Source: an uncultured Gemmatimonadales bacterium (GTDB lineage: Bacteria; Gemmatimonadota; Gemmatimonadetes; Longimicrobiales; Gaopeijiaceae). From it: a stretch of DNA of 64,000 bases. The translations under genes and the position numbers were made by a program. Positions within the stretch are counted from its first letter, which is position 1. Each line of letters opens with the position of its first letter. Positions 23,640-35,074 of this stretch are shown one piece after another. A model generated the notes under the pieces. That model was not told where the DNA came from. It was given only the letters and a program-made list of their open reading frames with translations, and made no database searches. The DNA lies in NCBI GenBank assembly GCA_963823035.1, contig CAWGKG010000004.1:64001-128000 (forward strand), in the 5' to 3' direction.

Positions 23640-26322
23640 TCAGCCTCCTCGGCCGTCGCGGCGGCGGCCGCACGGAAGCGTGCCGCGTCCTCGGGGCGGC
23701 CCATCAGGTCGTAGAGCTGGGCGAGGAGGTTCTCCACGTACGTCGAGGTATCCTCGCTCCCGCACCGCGGGCTCGCTGTCGAGCAGGCGTTCGAGCGCCG
23801 CGTGGCTGGCGAGGAGGTGGGCCTCCGACTCCTCGAGGCGGCCGAGGCGCGCCAGGTTGAGCGCCGCCGAGGTTGCGGGCTCGGACGGTGCGCAGGTCGT
23901 CGCTCGCCCAGGGCCGGCTCGCAGGATGGAGAGGGCCTCCGCCGCGAGCGCCTCCGCGCCGGCGGCGTCCGGAGCCGCTCATCCGCACCTCGCAGAAGTC
24001 CAGGAGCGTCTCCGCGGTCTCCACGGCCTCGGGGCGCGCCGCGCGCTGGGCCGCCGCGCGCGGCCTGGTAGAGGGTGTCGGCCTCCGGCGACCCGGCCCT
24101 GCTGGTAGACACGACCCACGCGAGGTTGCCCCTCACGATCGAGGTGAACCAGTGGTCGGCCCCGTAGTGCGCCTCGTACACGCGCAGCGCGTCCCGGTAG
24201 AGGGGCTCGGCGTCGGCGGGGCGGCCCTCCTGCTTGAGCACGGCCGCGAGGTCGTTGCGCAGCTCCGCCACGCGGGGATGGTCCTCGCCCTCCGCGGCTG
24301 CGGCGCCGGCCACCGCTTCCCGCATGAGAGCCTCCGCCTCGGGGAAGCGACCCTCGGCGCTGAGGACGTCGCCCCGCGCCGCCAACGTCGCGGCGATCTC
24401 CGTGTGGCCGGACGGATAGACCCGCCTCTTGATGCGCAGCACCTCCAGGAGCGCCGAGTCGGCCCGCTCGAGCGCCCCGGCGGCGGTATAGGCCCGGGCG
24501 ACGTTCTCGAGGCTCTTCGCCACGAGGACGTGGTCCGGCGGGTAGAGGGCGCGTCGGATCGTGAGCCCCTCCTCGAGATAGGCCCGGGCTCGGTCGGTCT
24601 CTCCGAGCGCCAGCGTGAGCGCGCCCAGGTTGGAGAGTGTTCGCGCCATGATCTCGCTGCGCTCACCCGCGGCCCGGTGGGTCGCGAGCGCCTCCTCGAG
24701 GAGCGGACGGGCTCGCCCGAGGTCGCCGACCAGCTGCCACACATGGCCGAGCGAGCTGAGCATCGAGGCCGCGTCGGCGCCCGTCGAGCCCGCCGCGCCG
24801 AAGCAGCTCCTCGGCCTCCTCGAGGAGGGGCCCGGCGGCGTCCAGGTCGCCCTTGCGTGCGTAGGCGACCGCCAGCTGGAGCGCGGCGTTGCCGACCTCC
24901 GCGTCGTCGGCGGGGTCGGTCGCGCGCACCAGGTCGTACACCTCGCTGCGCAGTGCCAGCGCCTCGTCCCAGAGGCCCAGGTTGCCGTACACGCGCGCGA
25001 GCACGGCGGCGAGGTCCGCGCGCATCCCGGGCTGACCGGAGAGCTCGCCGCGAATCCGCTCTGCGCCGCGGTCGAGCACGTTGCGCACGGTGATCGTGTC
25101 GCCCTGCGCGACCTCGGGATCCGCCGACAGGAAGAGCGCCTCGAGGAACGCCGTCACCTGTTGGGCCCGGTCGCGCTCGCGCGCGATCCGTCGGGCCTGA
25201 ACGGCGTTGGTGACCGCGAGGACGGTCAGGAGCACGAAGACCGTGGTGACGGCCGCGAGGGCGCCGCGATGCCGCGCGACGAACCGGGAGGTCCGGTAGC
25301 CCACCGTATCGGGACGCGCGCGCACGGGGCGCCCGTCGAGGTGCCGACGGAGGTCGTCCGCCAGCTCGGCCGCCGAACCGTAGCGCCGCTCGGGCTCCCT
25401 GCGCATGGCCGTCAGCACGATGTTGTCCAGGTCCCCGCGCAGCCTCCGCCGGAGGCGCTCCGGGGTGGTGGTCCGAAGCCGGGCGACCTCCTCGGGCGTG
25501 GGACGCGCGGCGCCGTCGCCCGCCCGGCCCCTCGTCCGTCGTCGCGGCCGCCTCGGAGGGTCGTCGCGGTTGCTGCGTCGTGACGGCTCGGTGCACCTCG
25601 TCCAGCGTGCCGCTGGCGAGCGACCGGGGGCGGCGTCCGGAGAGCAGGAGGTAGAGGATCGAGCCGAGCTGGTAGACGTCGCTCGACGTCGTGATCGGAT
25701 CGGCGAGCGCCTGCTCGGGCGAGGCCCACTCGGGCGTCAGGACACGAACGCCCGTCCGCGTCAGCTCGGTCGCCTGGGGAAAGGCGTCGGGGTCGAGCAG
25801 CTTGGCGATCCCGAAGTCGAGGAGCTTCACCGTCCCGTCCGGCTGGACGAGGATGTTGGACGGCTTCAGGTCGCGGTGCACGATCAGGTTGCGGTGGGCG
25901 TAGCGCACCGCCTCGCACACGTCGAGGAAGAGGCGGATGCGTTCTTCGACCCCCATCCGCGCCTCGTCGCAGTGCACGTCGATCGACCGCCCTTCGACCC
26001 GCTCCATCGCGAACCACGGACGGCCGTCGTCCGTGACGCCGCCGTCGAGGAGGCGGGCGATGTGGGGGTGGGTCAGGCAAGCGAGGATCTGGCGCTCCGT
26101 GAGGAAGCGCCCCCGGGCCTCCGCGCCGGCCAGGCCTCCGGCGTGCAGCTTGAGGGCGACCTCCTGCTCGAACTGCCCGTCGGCGCGACGCGCGAGGTAC
26201 ACGGAGCCCATCCCGCCGCGCGCGAGGAGCCGGACCACTCCTGGTCCTGGCGCAGTGTGCGAGGCATGGGGCGCGGGGGTCAACTCCGGCACCGCGTCCC
26301 CCGGCACCGAGTCCCCGTGCAA
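23640..26322 (-). CDS. Ser/Thr kinase-TPR protein with short or truncated N-terminus and multiple frameshifts (possible pseudogene)
   Basis: ARGGMGSVY, HRDLKPSN, DFG, TPEWASPEQ, TM helix, TPRs. Confidence 0.75.
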
Positions 26323-26329
26323 CGCATCC

Positions 26330-26380
26330 TTCCTCTTGTCTGTCTACAGAAAAGGCGTTCATGTAGACGGCCTAGAGAAG
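26330..26380. promoter_or_regulatory. Putative PadR operator pair
   Basis: AT-rich stretch with inverted repeat GTCTACA-N13-TGTAGAC just upstream of padR. Confidence 0.5.
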
Positions 26381-26405
26381 TGGTCGCGGAACGCGGGAGG
26401 GCGGC

Positions 26406-26750
26406 ATGGGCGACGATCGATCGGAGCTGCTGCAGGGAACGCTCGACCTCCTGGTGCTGAGGGTCCTGAGCCTGGAGCCGATGCACGGATGGGGGATCGG
26501 CGAGCGCCTGGCCCTCCTCTCCGGGGAGGTGTTCCAGGTGAACCAGGGGTCGCTCTACCCCGCGCTCCAGCGCATGCGGACGCGGGGATGGGTGCGAGCC
26601 GAATGGCGGCGCACGGAGAACAACCGGAGGGCGCGCTACTACGCCCTCACGCCGCTCGGCGAGCGGGGGCTCGCGGAGGCCGCGCGGGAATGGCGGCGGG
26701 CGAGCGGTGCGGTGGAGCGGGTGCTGACGACGGCGCTGACCGGCGCCTGA
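26406..26750 (+). CDS. PadR-family regulator (acidobacterial TIGR03433 type)
   Basis: LLQGTLDLLVL...HGWGIG...GSLYPALQR...ENNRRARYY. Confidence 0.9.
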   Translation: MGDDRSELLQGTLDLLVLRVLSLEPMHGWGIGERLALLSGEVFQVNQGSLYPALQRMRTRGWVRAEWRRTENNRRARYYALTPLGERGLAEAAREWRRASGAVERVLTTALTGA

Positions 26751-26779
26751 CACGAGGATCGCGAAGGGAGGAGGGGAGG

Positions 26780-29387
26780 ATGTCGAGGACGGAAGGCTGG
26801 CGTGCCCGTGTGCGCGCGCTGCTGCGGCGCTCCGAGGAGGAGCGCGACATGGACGAGGAGATGCGCTTCCATCTCGAGATGGAGGAGCGGAAGCTCGTGC
26901 GCGAGGGGCTGTCGCCGCGGGAAGCGCACCGACGCGCGCGTCTCCGCTTCGGCGGCGTGGATCGCATGAAGGAGCGCACGCGCGACGCCCGGGGCACGCG
27001 GGGCCTGGAGGACCTGCTTCGCGACCTGGCCTTCGGCGCGCGCACCCTGCGCCGCAGCCCCGCGTTCACGCTCACCGCCGTGGTGACGCTGGCGCTGGGG
27101 ATCGGCGCTGTCGCGGCAGCGTTCAGCCTCGTGGACGGCGTGCTCCTCGCGCCGTTGCCGTACGGCCGGCCCGACCGGCTGGTCGAGATCCGCGAGCTGG
27201 GCGAGAACGTGAGGTTCTTCCCCTCCTTCCCGAACTTCCTGGACTGGCGGGAGCGGTCCACGAGCTTCGCCTCGATGACGGCCGTCCAGACGTTGGGCGC
27301 GCAGCCGGTGCTCGACGCGGGCGACCCCGCTCGGGTGCCGATGGTGATGATCGGCCGGGACTTCCTGAAGACGCTGGGCGTGGCGCCCTTCCTCGGCCGC
27401 GACCTGACGTACGAGGAGAACGCGCTCGGTGCCCCACCCGTGGCGCTGGTCAGCCACGCTTTCTGGTCGAGCCGACTCGGCGGCGAGCGCGACCTGGAGC
27501 GCGTCTCGTTCAACGCGTTCGGGAGCGACTACCGGGTGGTGGGCGTGCTGCCCCCCGGCTTCCGCTTCCTCTACGACGCCGACGTGTACGTCTCGGCGGA
27601 GCGCTGGCCGGGGACGTTCCGCACCGCGCACGCGTACCGGGTCGCGGGTCGGATGAAGGACGGCCTCTCCCTCGAGGCGGCCGACCAGGAGATGGACGCG
27701 CTCACCGGACGCATGAAGGAGGAGTACGGGGGCGACACGAACGCGGAGAGCGCGCAGCTCCGCCGGCTGGACGACGTCCTCCTCGGGGGGCAGCGGCGCC
27801 CCCTCGCCCTCCTGCTCGCGGCGGCCGGCCTGGTGCTCCTGGTGGCGTGCGCGAACGTGGCCAGCACGCTCCTGGCGCGCGGCAGCGTGCGTGGCCGCGA
27901 GATGGCCGTGCGCACCTCCCTCGGCGCCGGGCGCGGCCGCCTGGTGCGCCAGCTCCTCACGGAGAGCGTCCTGCTCACCACCGTGGCGGGGGCCGCGGGC
28001 GCCACGCTGGCGTGGGCAGCGGTGCGCGGTGCCGTCCGGTTGGGCACGGGGTCCCTCCCGCGCCTGGAGACGGTCGGGCTCGACGGGCGCGTCCTCCTCG
28101 TGTGCGGAGCCGTTGCACTCGGCACCGCCTTCCTCTTCGGGCTCTACCCGGCGCTGCGCCTCACACGGAGCGGGGTCTCCACGGCGCTCCGAGCCGGGGG
28201 GCGGGGCGGGACGGGGAAGCGTGGCCGGGCCTGGGACGTGCTCATCGGCGCCGAGGTGGCGTTCGCGGTCGTCCTGCTGGTGGGGGCGGGGCTGCTCGTG
28301 CGCAGCCTGGCTTCGATCGTCTCACTCGACGCCGGGTGGAAGGCCGAGGGCGTGCTCCAGATGGCCGTGACGCCACCGAACGGCGCCTTCCGCACGGCGG
28401 AGGAGGGTGCCGCGTACCTCCGGCGGGTCGGCGAGGCGATCGGTTCGATCCCCGGGGTCTCCGCCGTGGGCGTGGGCACCTTCGGCCCCCTGGACGCCGG
28501 CAACTACACGGCGCCGGCCCACGATCCGGTCACGGGAAGGGTCATCGAAGGCTTCGCGGGGTGGCGGCTCGTGGACGCCGGGTACTTCGAGGCGCTGTCC
28601 GTCTCCCTCCTGAAGGGCCGCCTCTTCGAGCCCGGCGACCAGGACGTCGCGGTCGTCAACGAGGCGCTGGCGCGGGAGCTGTGGGGCGACACGGACCCGA
28701 TCGGGCAGCGCGTGGCGAGCAACTTCGACGCGAACGGGGCGTCGCTCCGCGTGGTGGGGGTCGTGGCGGTGGCGCGCGACTGGAGGTGGGAGGAGTCCGC
28801 CCAGATGGAGATGTTCGAGCCCTGGTGGACCCGCCTCGACCAGGTGGGCACGATGGACTTCCTGATCCGCACGGACGGGCCCGCCGAGGCCCTGATCGGA
28901 CCGGTGCGCGACCGCGTCCGTGCGCTCAACGACCGGATTCCCGTCGAGTTCGCGACGCTCGAGGGGGAGTTGGCGTCGTCCACGGCGGACCGTCGCTTCG
29001 TGGCCACCGTGCTCGCCGCGTTCGCCGGGGTCGGGCTCGTGCTGGCTCTGGTGGGGATCGCCGGCGTGGTCGCCTACACGGTCGCGCAGCGCCGCCGGGA
29101 GATCGGCATCAGAATGGCCCTCGGGGCGGCCGCCGGCCGCGTGCGTGCCGAGGTGCGCGCGGAGGTCCTCCGGCCCACGCTCGTGGGGCTCGCGCGCGGG
29201 GCTGGTGGGGGCCGTCCTGCTGTCGCGCTTCGTGCGGTCGCTCCTCTACGAGGGCGTGAGCGCGCACGACCCCGGGACGTTGGCCGGGGTGGCCGCCGTG
29301 TTCATCCTCGCTGCGGTGCTCGCCAGCGACATCCCGGCCCGCCGCACGGCCGCGGTCGAGCCGGCCGGCGTGCTGCGGGAGGAATGA
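26780..29387 (+). CDS. ADOP duplicated MacB/FtsX-type permease (frameshift near 29195)
   Basis: DEEMRFHLE prefix domain; VACANVA; REMAVRTSLGA; RRREIGIRMALGA. Confidence 0.9.
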
Positions 29388-29531
29388 GCGCCACCGGGCA
29401 AGGGACCGCGGAATCGCCAGTCGGAGGCCTCCGGGAATGCCTGGACGCCCGTCGGCCGTGCAGCGAGCTTTCGGGTGCCTCCCACGCCATCCCCACGAGC
29501 CCCTCCAGGTACGGCCGCACGCGGAGCGAAC

Positions 29532-31394
29532 ATGGACTGGCAGGACCTCTACGCATCGAAGCGCACCACCCCGGACGCGGCGGTGCTCGGCATTCCCACC
29601 GGTCGCCCGATCCTCATCGGCTCGGGCGCGGCGGAGCCCCTGGCGCTGGTCGACGCGCTGGGCCGCAACGCCTCGCACTTCTCCGACAACACGGTGGTGC
29701 ACCTCATGACGCTCGGACCCGCGCCGTACGTGCGCCCCGAGCTCCAGGAGCACTTCCGCCACAACGCCTTCTTCATCGGCGCCAACGTCCGTCAGGCCGT
29801 GCACCAGGGCCGCGCGGACTACACGCCGGTCTTCCTCTCGCAGATCCCGCAGTTGATCCGCTCGCGCCGCATGCCGGTGGACGTGGCGCTCATCCAGTGC
29901 ACGCCGCCGGACAAGTTCGGCTACGTGAACGTCGGCGTGTCGGTGGACATCGTGATGGCGGCGATCGAGGCGGCGCGGCTGGTCATCGCCGAGATCAACC
30001 CGAACGTACCCTGCCTGTACGGTGCGGGCTTCCTGAAGATGGACCGCATCGACCAATGGGTGTGGAACGACCAGCCCCTCCTCGAGCACCTCCCGGAGGA
30101 CCCCGGCGAGGTCGAGATGGAGATCGGACGCAACGTGGCGTCGCTCATCGAGGACGGCTCGACGCTGCAGGCCGGCATCGGCATGATCCCGGACGCGGTG
30201 CTGCGCGCCCTGACCGGCAAGCGCGACCTGGGCGTGTGGACCGAGATGTTCTCCGACGGCGTGCTGGACCTGATCGACGCCGGCGTGGTCACCGGCCGCT
30301 ACAAGACGATCCACCCGGGGAAGGTCACGTCCTCCTTCACCTTCGGCTCGAAGCGCCTCTACGACTACATCGACCGCAACCCGCTCTTCACCTTCCAGCC
30401 GACCGACTACGTGAACGACCCGCGCCGCATCGCGGAGCAGCACAAGATGGTCGCCATCAACAGCGCCATCCAGGTGGACCTGACCGGGCAGGTGTGCGCC
30501 GACTCGATCGGCACGCGCTTCTACTCGGGGATCGGCGGGCAGGTGGACTTCATCCGCGGCGCCTCGATGTGTCCGGACGGCAAGCCGATCATCGCGCTGC
30601 GCGCGACCGCGAAGAACGGGACGCTCAGCCGGATCGTGCCCACCCTCACGGAGGGCGCCGGCGTGGTCACCTCACGGGGCGACGTGCGCTACGTGGTCAC
30701 GGAGTACGGGGTGGCCGACCTGCTCGGCAAGTCGATCCGGGAGCGTGCGGTCGCGCTCATCTCGATCGCACACCCGGACTTCCGCACCGAGCTGCTCAGC
30801 GACGCCAAGGGTCGGCACTACGTCTTCGTCGACCAGCTCGAGCCGCGTGGCCGCTATCCGCGTGAGATCGAGCGGCGTGTCACGGTGAAGGGTGGCGAGG
30901 CCCTCATGCTGCGCCCGATCCGCCCCATCGACGAGCCCAAGCTGGTCGGGCTCTTCTACTCCATGAGCGAGGACGCGCTCTACAAGCGGTTCATGCGCGT
31001 GGTGAAGCGCATCGCGCACGAGGAGCGGCAGTACTTCCTCGACGTCGACTACATCGACAACATGGCGGTGGTGCTGGAAACCTCGGATCCGCGCTTCGAG
31101 CCGGAGATCGTCGGCATCGCGCAGTACTTCCGACACCCGGGCACCGACTACGCGGACGTCGGATTCATCGTGAAGGATGGGTGGCAGGGGAAGGGGCTGG
31201 GCCGGATCCTGGTCCAGGAGATGGTCCGCCTGGCTCAGCTGAACGGGCTGAAGGGCCTCACGGCGGACGTCCTGTCGACCAACCAGTCGATGCTGCACCT
31301 CTTCCGCGAGACCGGCCACGACGTACGCGTGGAGAACGAGGGCGGCGTCGCGCTGGTGGAGATCCACTTCACGGAGAGCGGCGTCACGGCCTGA
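29532..31394 (+). CDS. Acetyl-CoA hydrolase/4-hydroxybutyrate CoA-transferase fused to a C-terminal GNAT
   Basis: TLQAGIG, WTEMFSDG, SGIGGQVDF, VVTEYGVA; then LRPIRP...WQGKGLG...NQSMLHLF. Confidence 0.9.
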   Translation: MDWQDLYASKRTTPDAAVLGIPTGRPILIGSGAAEPLALVDALGRNASHFSDNTVVHLMTLGPAPYVRPELQEHFRHNAFFIGANVRQAVHQGRADYTPVFLSQIPQLIRSRRMPVDVALIQCTPPDKFGYVNVGVSVDIVMAAIEAARLVIAEINPNVPCLYGAGFLKMDRIDQWVWNDQPLLEHLPEDPGEVEMEIGRNVASLIEDGSTLQAGIGMIPDAVLRALTGKRDLGVWTEMFSDGVLDLIDAGVVTGRYKTIHPGKVTSSFTFGSKRLYDYIDRNPLFTFQPTDYVNDPRRIAEQHKMVAINSAIQVDLTGQVCADSIGTRFYSGIGGQVDFIRGASMCPDGKPIIALRATAKNGTLSRIVPTLTEGAGVVTSRGDVRYVVTEYGVADLLGKSIRERAVALISIAHPDFRTELLSDAKGRHYVFVDQLEPRGRYPREIERRVTVKGGEALMLRPIRPIDEPKLVGLFYSMSEDALYKRFMRVVKRIAHEERQYFLDVDYIDNMAVVLETSDPRFEPEIVGIAQYFRHPGTDYADVGFIVKDGWQGKGLGRILVQEMVRLAQLNGLKGLTADVLSTNQSMLHLFRETGHDVRVENEGGVALVEIHFTESGVTA

Positions 31395-31421
31395 GCCACC
31401 CGACGCCGGCGGGACACGGGC

Positions 31422-31670
31422 TCAGTCGTCGTGGCTGAGTTCGTACTGCCGTTGCGCGTGTGCCTTCTCCTTGCCGACGGTCAGCTCGCGCCGCTTGGCG
31501 TCCCTGAGGCTGTTCTCTCGCGTGGTCGAGGAGTGCACCTGGGGGAGGGAGAGCTGGCGCTCGACCTCCGTCGCCCCGCACGCGGGGCAGGGCGGACGCG
31601 TGTCCGCTTTGCGCACCCATTCCTCGAAGCGGTGCGCGCAGGCGCGGCAGGCGAAATCGTAGATCGGCAT
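31422..31670 (-). CDS. FmdB-family zinc-ribbon protein
   Basis: MPIYDFACRACAHRFE...CPACG. Confidence 0.85.
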   Translation of the reverse strand: MPIYDFACRACAHRFEEWVRKADTRPPCPACGATEVERQLSLPQVHSSTTRENSLRDAKRRELTVGKEKAHAQRQYELSHDD

Positions 31671-31857
31671 GGCCGCAGTGTGCGCCCGGTTCGCCCAGCC
31701 GCGCAACCCGGCGGCGCCACGGTCTGCCGCGGGCCCGTGACGTCGAGCCCTTCCCCGTCGTCCACCGTCCAACTGGGAAGCTCTTGCGGATTGCTACCAG
31801 CGTAAGTACTGTTTGCAAGTAAGAATAGATCGATCCATCCACGGCAAGGTGGTTCTC

Positions 31858-32465
31858 ATGGCAGGCTCGGAGAATCGTGATTTTATCTTCGAATCAGGCA
31901 ATTTGTCCCTCGATCTCGTGAATACGCGCCCCCTGTCGGCCGGCCAGATGATCGACCGGCTAACATCGGTGGAGGAGGTGGACGCCTGGCTCGCTGTGGC
32001 GGGGGTGGCCGAGAGGGGCTCGGTGCTCGACCTCAGCGCCCGGCTGCGGGAGCGCGTGCTGGTCGACGCACGGGCCCTGCGCTCCGCCGTGGCTGCAGCG
32101 GCCTCGGCCCTGCGCGACGGGGTCGGCGTCCCCGATGCGGCGGTCGACGTCGTCAACGGGATTCTGGCCACGCGATCGTGGACGCACCGGGTGGAGCGCA
32201 CGGCGGATGGGTTCCGGCGTGGCGAATCGGCGGCCGAGAGGGACGCCTCGGCGGTGCTGGCTCCGGTGGCGGAGGCCGCCGCGGAGCTTCTCGCGGAGGT
32301 GGATCCGGCTCGGATCCGCCAGTGCGACGACGACACCTGCGTTCTCTGGTTCGTGGATACGACGCGCAATGGGAGCCGACGCTGGTGCTCGATGGAGCGG
32401 TGCGGCAGCCGCGCGAAGTCCGCCGCGCACTACCGACGAACGAAGAAGGGACGGCGAAGGCCTAG
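31858..32465 (+). CDS. ABATE/CGNR zinc-finger protein (3' end uncertain)
   Basis: LSLDLVNT...RIRQCDDDTCVLWFVDTTRNGSRRWCSMERCGSRAK. Confidence 0.88.
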
Positions 32466-32521
32466 GCCGAAGGAAACAACCCCGAGGAGCGCGTCGTCGA
32501 CGGGCTCGGGAGGATGGGAGG

Positions 32522-34941
32522 ATGGGAGCAGGGTGGGAGATCGTCCGGGGTGGCCTCCGAGGCTTGACGCGACGCCCGTTCACGACGGTGGTGGCAGGCG
32601 CCTGTCTTGCGCTCGGGATCGGGGCGAACGCGGGGGTGTTCAGCGTGGTGGAGGCGGCCCTCCTGCGTCCGCTCCCCTTCGCGGCCCCGGATCGGCTGCT
32701 CCTCGTGCAGGCCGTGAACGACCAGAACGGCACGCCCGTGGGGCTGTCGCCGGACGCGTACGATTTCTTCGCCCACTCGGGCGACGCCTTCGCGGGCACG
32801 GCGGCCGCTCAGCCGGCCGAGCTCGACCTCTCGGGGGACGGGGTTCCCGAGCGAGTGGGGGCCGCGCTGGTCACGGACGGCTTCTTCGAGGTGCTCGGCG
32901 TCGACATGGCGGTAGGGCGGGCGTTCGGAGGGGCCGCGCGGCCGGCCGGCGAGCGACAGGTCGCGGTGATCTCCGAGCGACTCTGGCGGAGCCGGTTCGC
33001 CGCCGACCCGACCGTGGTCGGCACCGATGTCCGACTCGACGGCCAGGCCTACCGGATCGTGGGTGTTCTGCCGCGGGACGCGCGCTATCCGGCCACGGCC
33101 GACGTGTGGACGCCCCTGGACCTGACCCGGTACGAGGGGGTCGCGCGCACGAACGGGTTCCTCTCCGTGCTGGCGCGGGTGCGGGCCGGCGTGACGCTCG
33201 CGGAGGCGGATGCGCAGGTGACGCGCGCCGGAGACGCGTTCAAGGGCCAGCATCCGGAGTGGATCGCCGACCGCTTCGCGTCGAGCTCGTTGCGTGAGCC
33301 GCAGGTCAGCGGGGTGCGCGCGGTGCTGATCGTCGTGACGCGTCGGCGTGGTTCTTCTCCTCGCGATGGCGTGTCTGAACGTGGCAGGCCTCTTCCTGGT
33401 CCAGGCACAGCGCGACGCTCGGGCCGTGGCGCTCCGGGCGGCGCTCGGCGCACGTCCCCGGCGTCTCCTCGCGGAGGAGCTCATGCGCCACGTACTCCTG
33501 ACGCTGGCGGGAGCGGTCTCCGGCGTGCTGGTGGCGCTCCCTCTCGTGCGCGCTCTGGTGTCGCTCACGGTGATCGATCTCCCCGGATTCCACGTCGCGC
33601 TGGACGGCCGGGTCGTGCTCTTCACCGCCGTCGTCGCGCTGGCCGCCACCGTGTCGGTCGGCCTCCTGCCGGCCCTGAGGGCGGCCCGAGCGGCGCCGGC
33701 AGGGCTGGTCGATCGCGGCCGCGGGGGTACGGAGGGGAGGGGCGCGCGCCGTCTGCAGAATGCCGTCGTGGTGGGCCAGGTCGGCCTCGGCATCGTGCTC
33801 CTGGTGGGCGCGTGGGCGACGGGCGCCCAGGTGGCCCGCCTGCAGCGCGTGGACCCCGGCTTCCAGGTCGACGACGTGCTCACGGCACGCATCGGCGCCC
33901 CGGACGCCCGCTTCCCGGATCTCGAGGCGCGCGTCGTCTTCCTCACGGGCGTGTTGGACCGGCTTCGCTCCCTCCCCGGCGTCGTCTCCGTCGGCGCGGC
34001 TTCCGCGACGCACGTCGGCGATCCCGAGGTCTTCTGGAGCTTCAGCATCCAGGACCAGCCGCCCGCCTCCGAAGCCGCGATGCACGCGGCGCTCGGGCGT
34101 ATGGTGCTTCCCGGCTACCTGGAGACGATGGGGATCGACGTGCTGGAGGGGCGGGGCGTCGCGGCCTGGGACCGGGAGGACGGAGAGCCCGTGGTGGTGG
34201 TGAACAAGGCCTTCGAGGAAGCCTACTGGCCGGGTGGCAGCGCGCTCGGGAAGCGCATCAAGCGGCGCACGTACGACTCCGCCTTCCCCTGGCTACGCGT
34301 CGTGGGCGTGGTGGAGGACGTGCGCGAGCACGACGTGTCCCAGCCCTTCGGCCCCACGATCTACTTCCCCTACGCCCAGCACTTCACGCCGGCGGGGGGG
34401 ACGGTGACGATCGTGCTGCGCACGGGGGAGGGCAGGGGTCTCTCCGCCGATGTGCTGCGCAGGAGCGTCATGGCGGAGGATCCGGACGCGGCCGTCTTCC
34501 GCATCATGACCATGGGCGAGCGGCTGGACGAGTCGCTCGGCCAACGCCGCCTGGGCGCCGTCCTCATGGGCGCGTTCGGGGTGCTGGGGCTGCTCCTCTC
34601 CCTGGTTGGCGTGTACGGCGTGGTCTCGCAGAACGTGGCGCGGCGCGTCCGCGAGCTCGGGATCCGGCTGGCGCTCGGCGCGACGCCACGCGGGGTGGTG
34701 CGGACGACACTCCTGCGCGCGACCGCGCTCGCCGGCGTGGGGGTCTCCGCGGGCTCCCTCGTGCTGGTCGCCCTTCTCCCGCGAGGGGCGCGGCTCCTTC
34801 CAGGGCTGGATGTGGGGGTGCCGACGATCGCCGCGGCCGGCGGGCTGATGATCGTCGCGGTGGTCGGGGGCGGCCCTGCCCCCTGCGCTCCGCGCCGCGC
34901 GGACGGACGTGACCCGCGCTCTGGTGGAGGACCGAGCGTGA
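32522..34941 (+). CDS. ADOP-type permease (frameshifts near 33340 and 34880)
   Basis: LALGIGANAGVFSV; MACLNVA; VALRAALGA; RVRELGIRLALGA. Confidence 0.85.
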
Positions 34942-35074
34942 CCGGGTGCCGGCGGGCGGGCGCCCGCGAACGCGTCGCGCAGGTTATGTTCAGAGACAGC
35001 GACTGCGCTTCGACCCTCCCGCTCCTCACGGCCGTCGGATCACCCTCACCGCCGCCGGTCGATAGGAGGCTGTC

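Noticed and set aside
25937..30865. 1642-aa giant ORF
   Set aside because: An ADOP permease joined to off-frame flanks by a frameshift
31813..33297. CGNR protein with long C-terminal extension or fusion to the permease
   Set aside because: The extension is an off-frame reading of the permease; a stop at 32463-32465 fits after one indel
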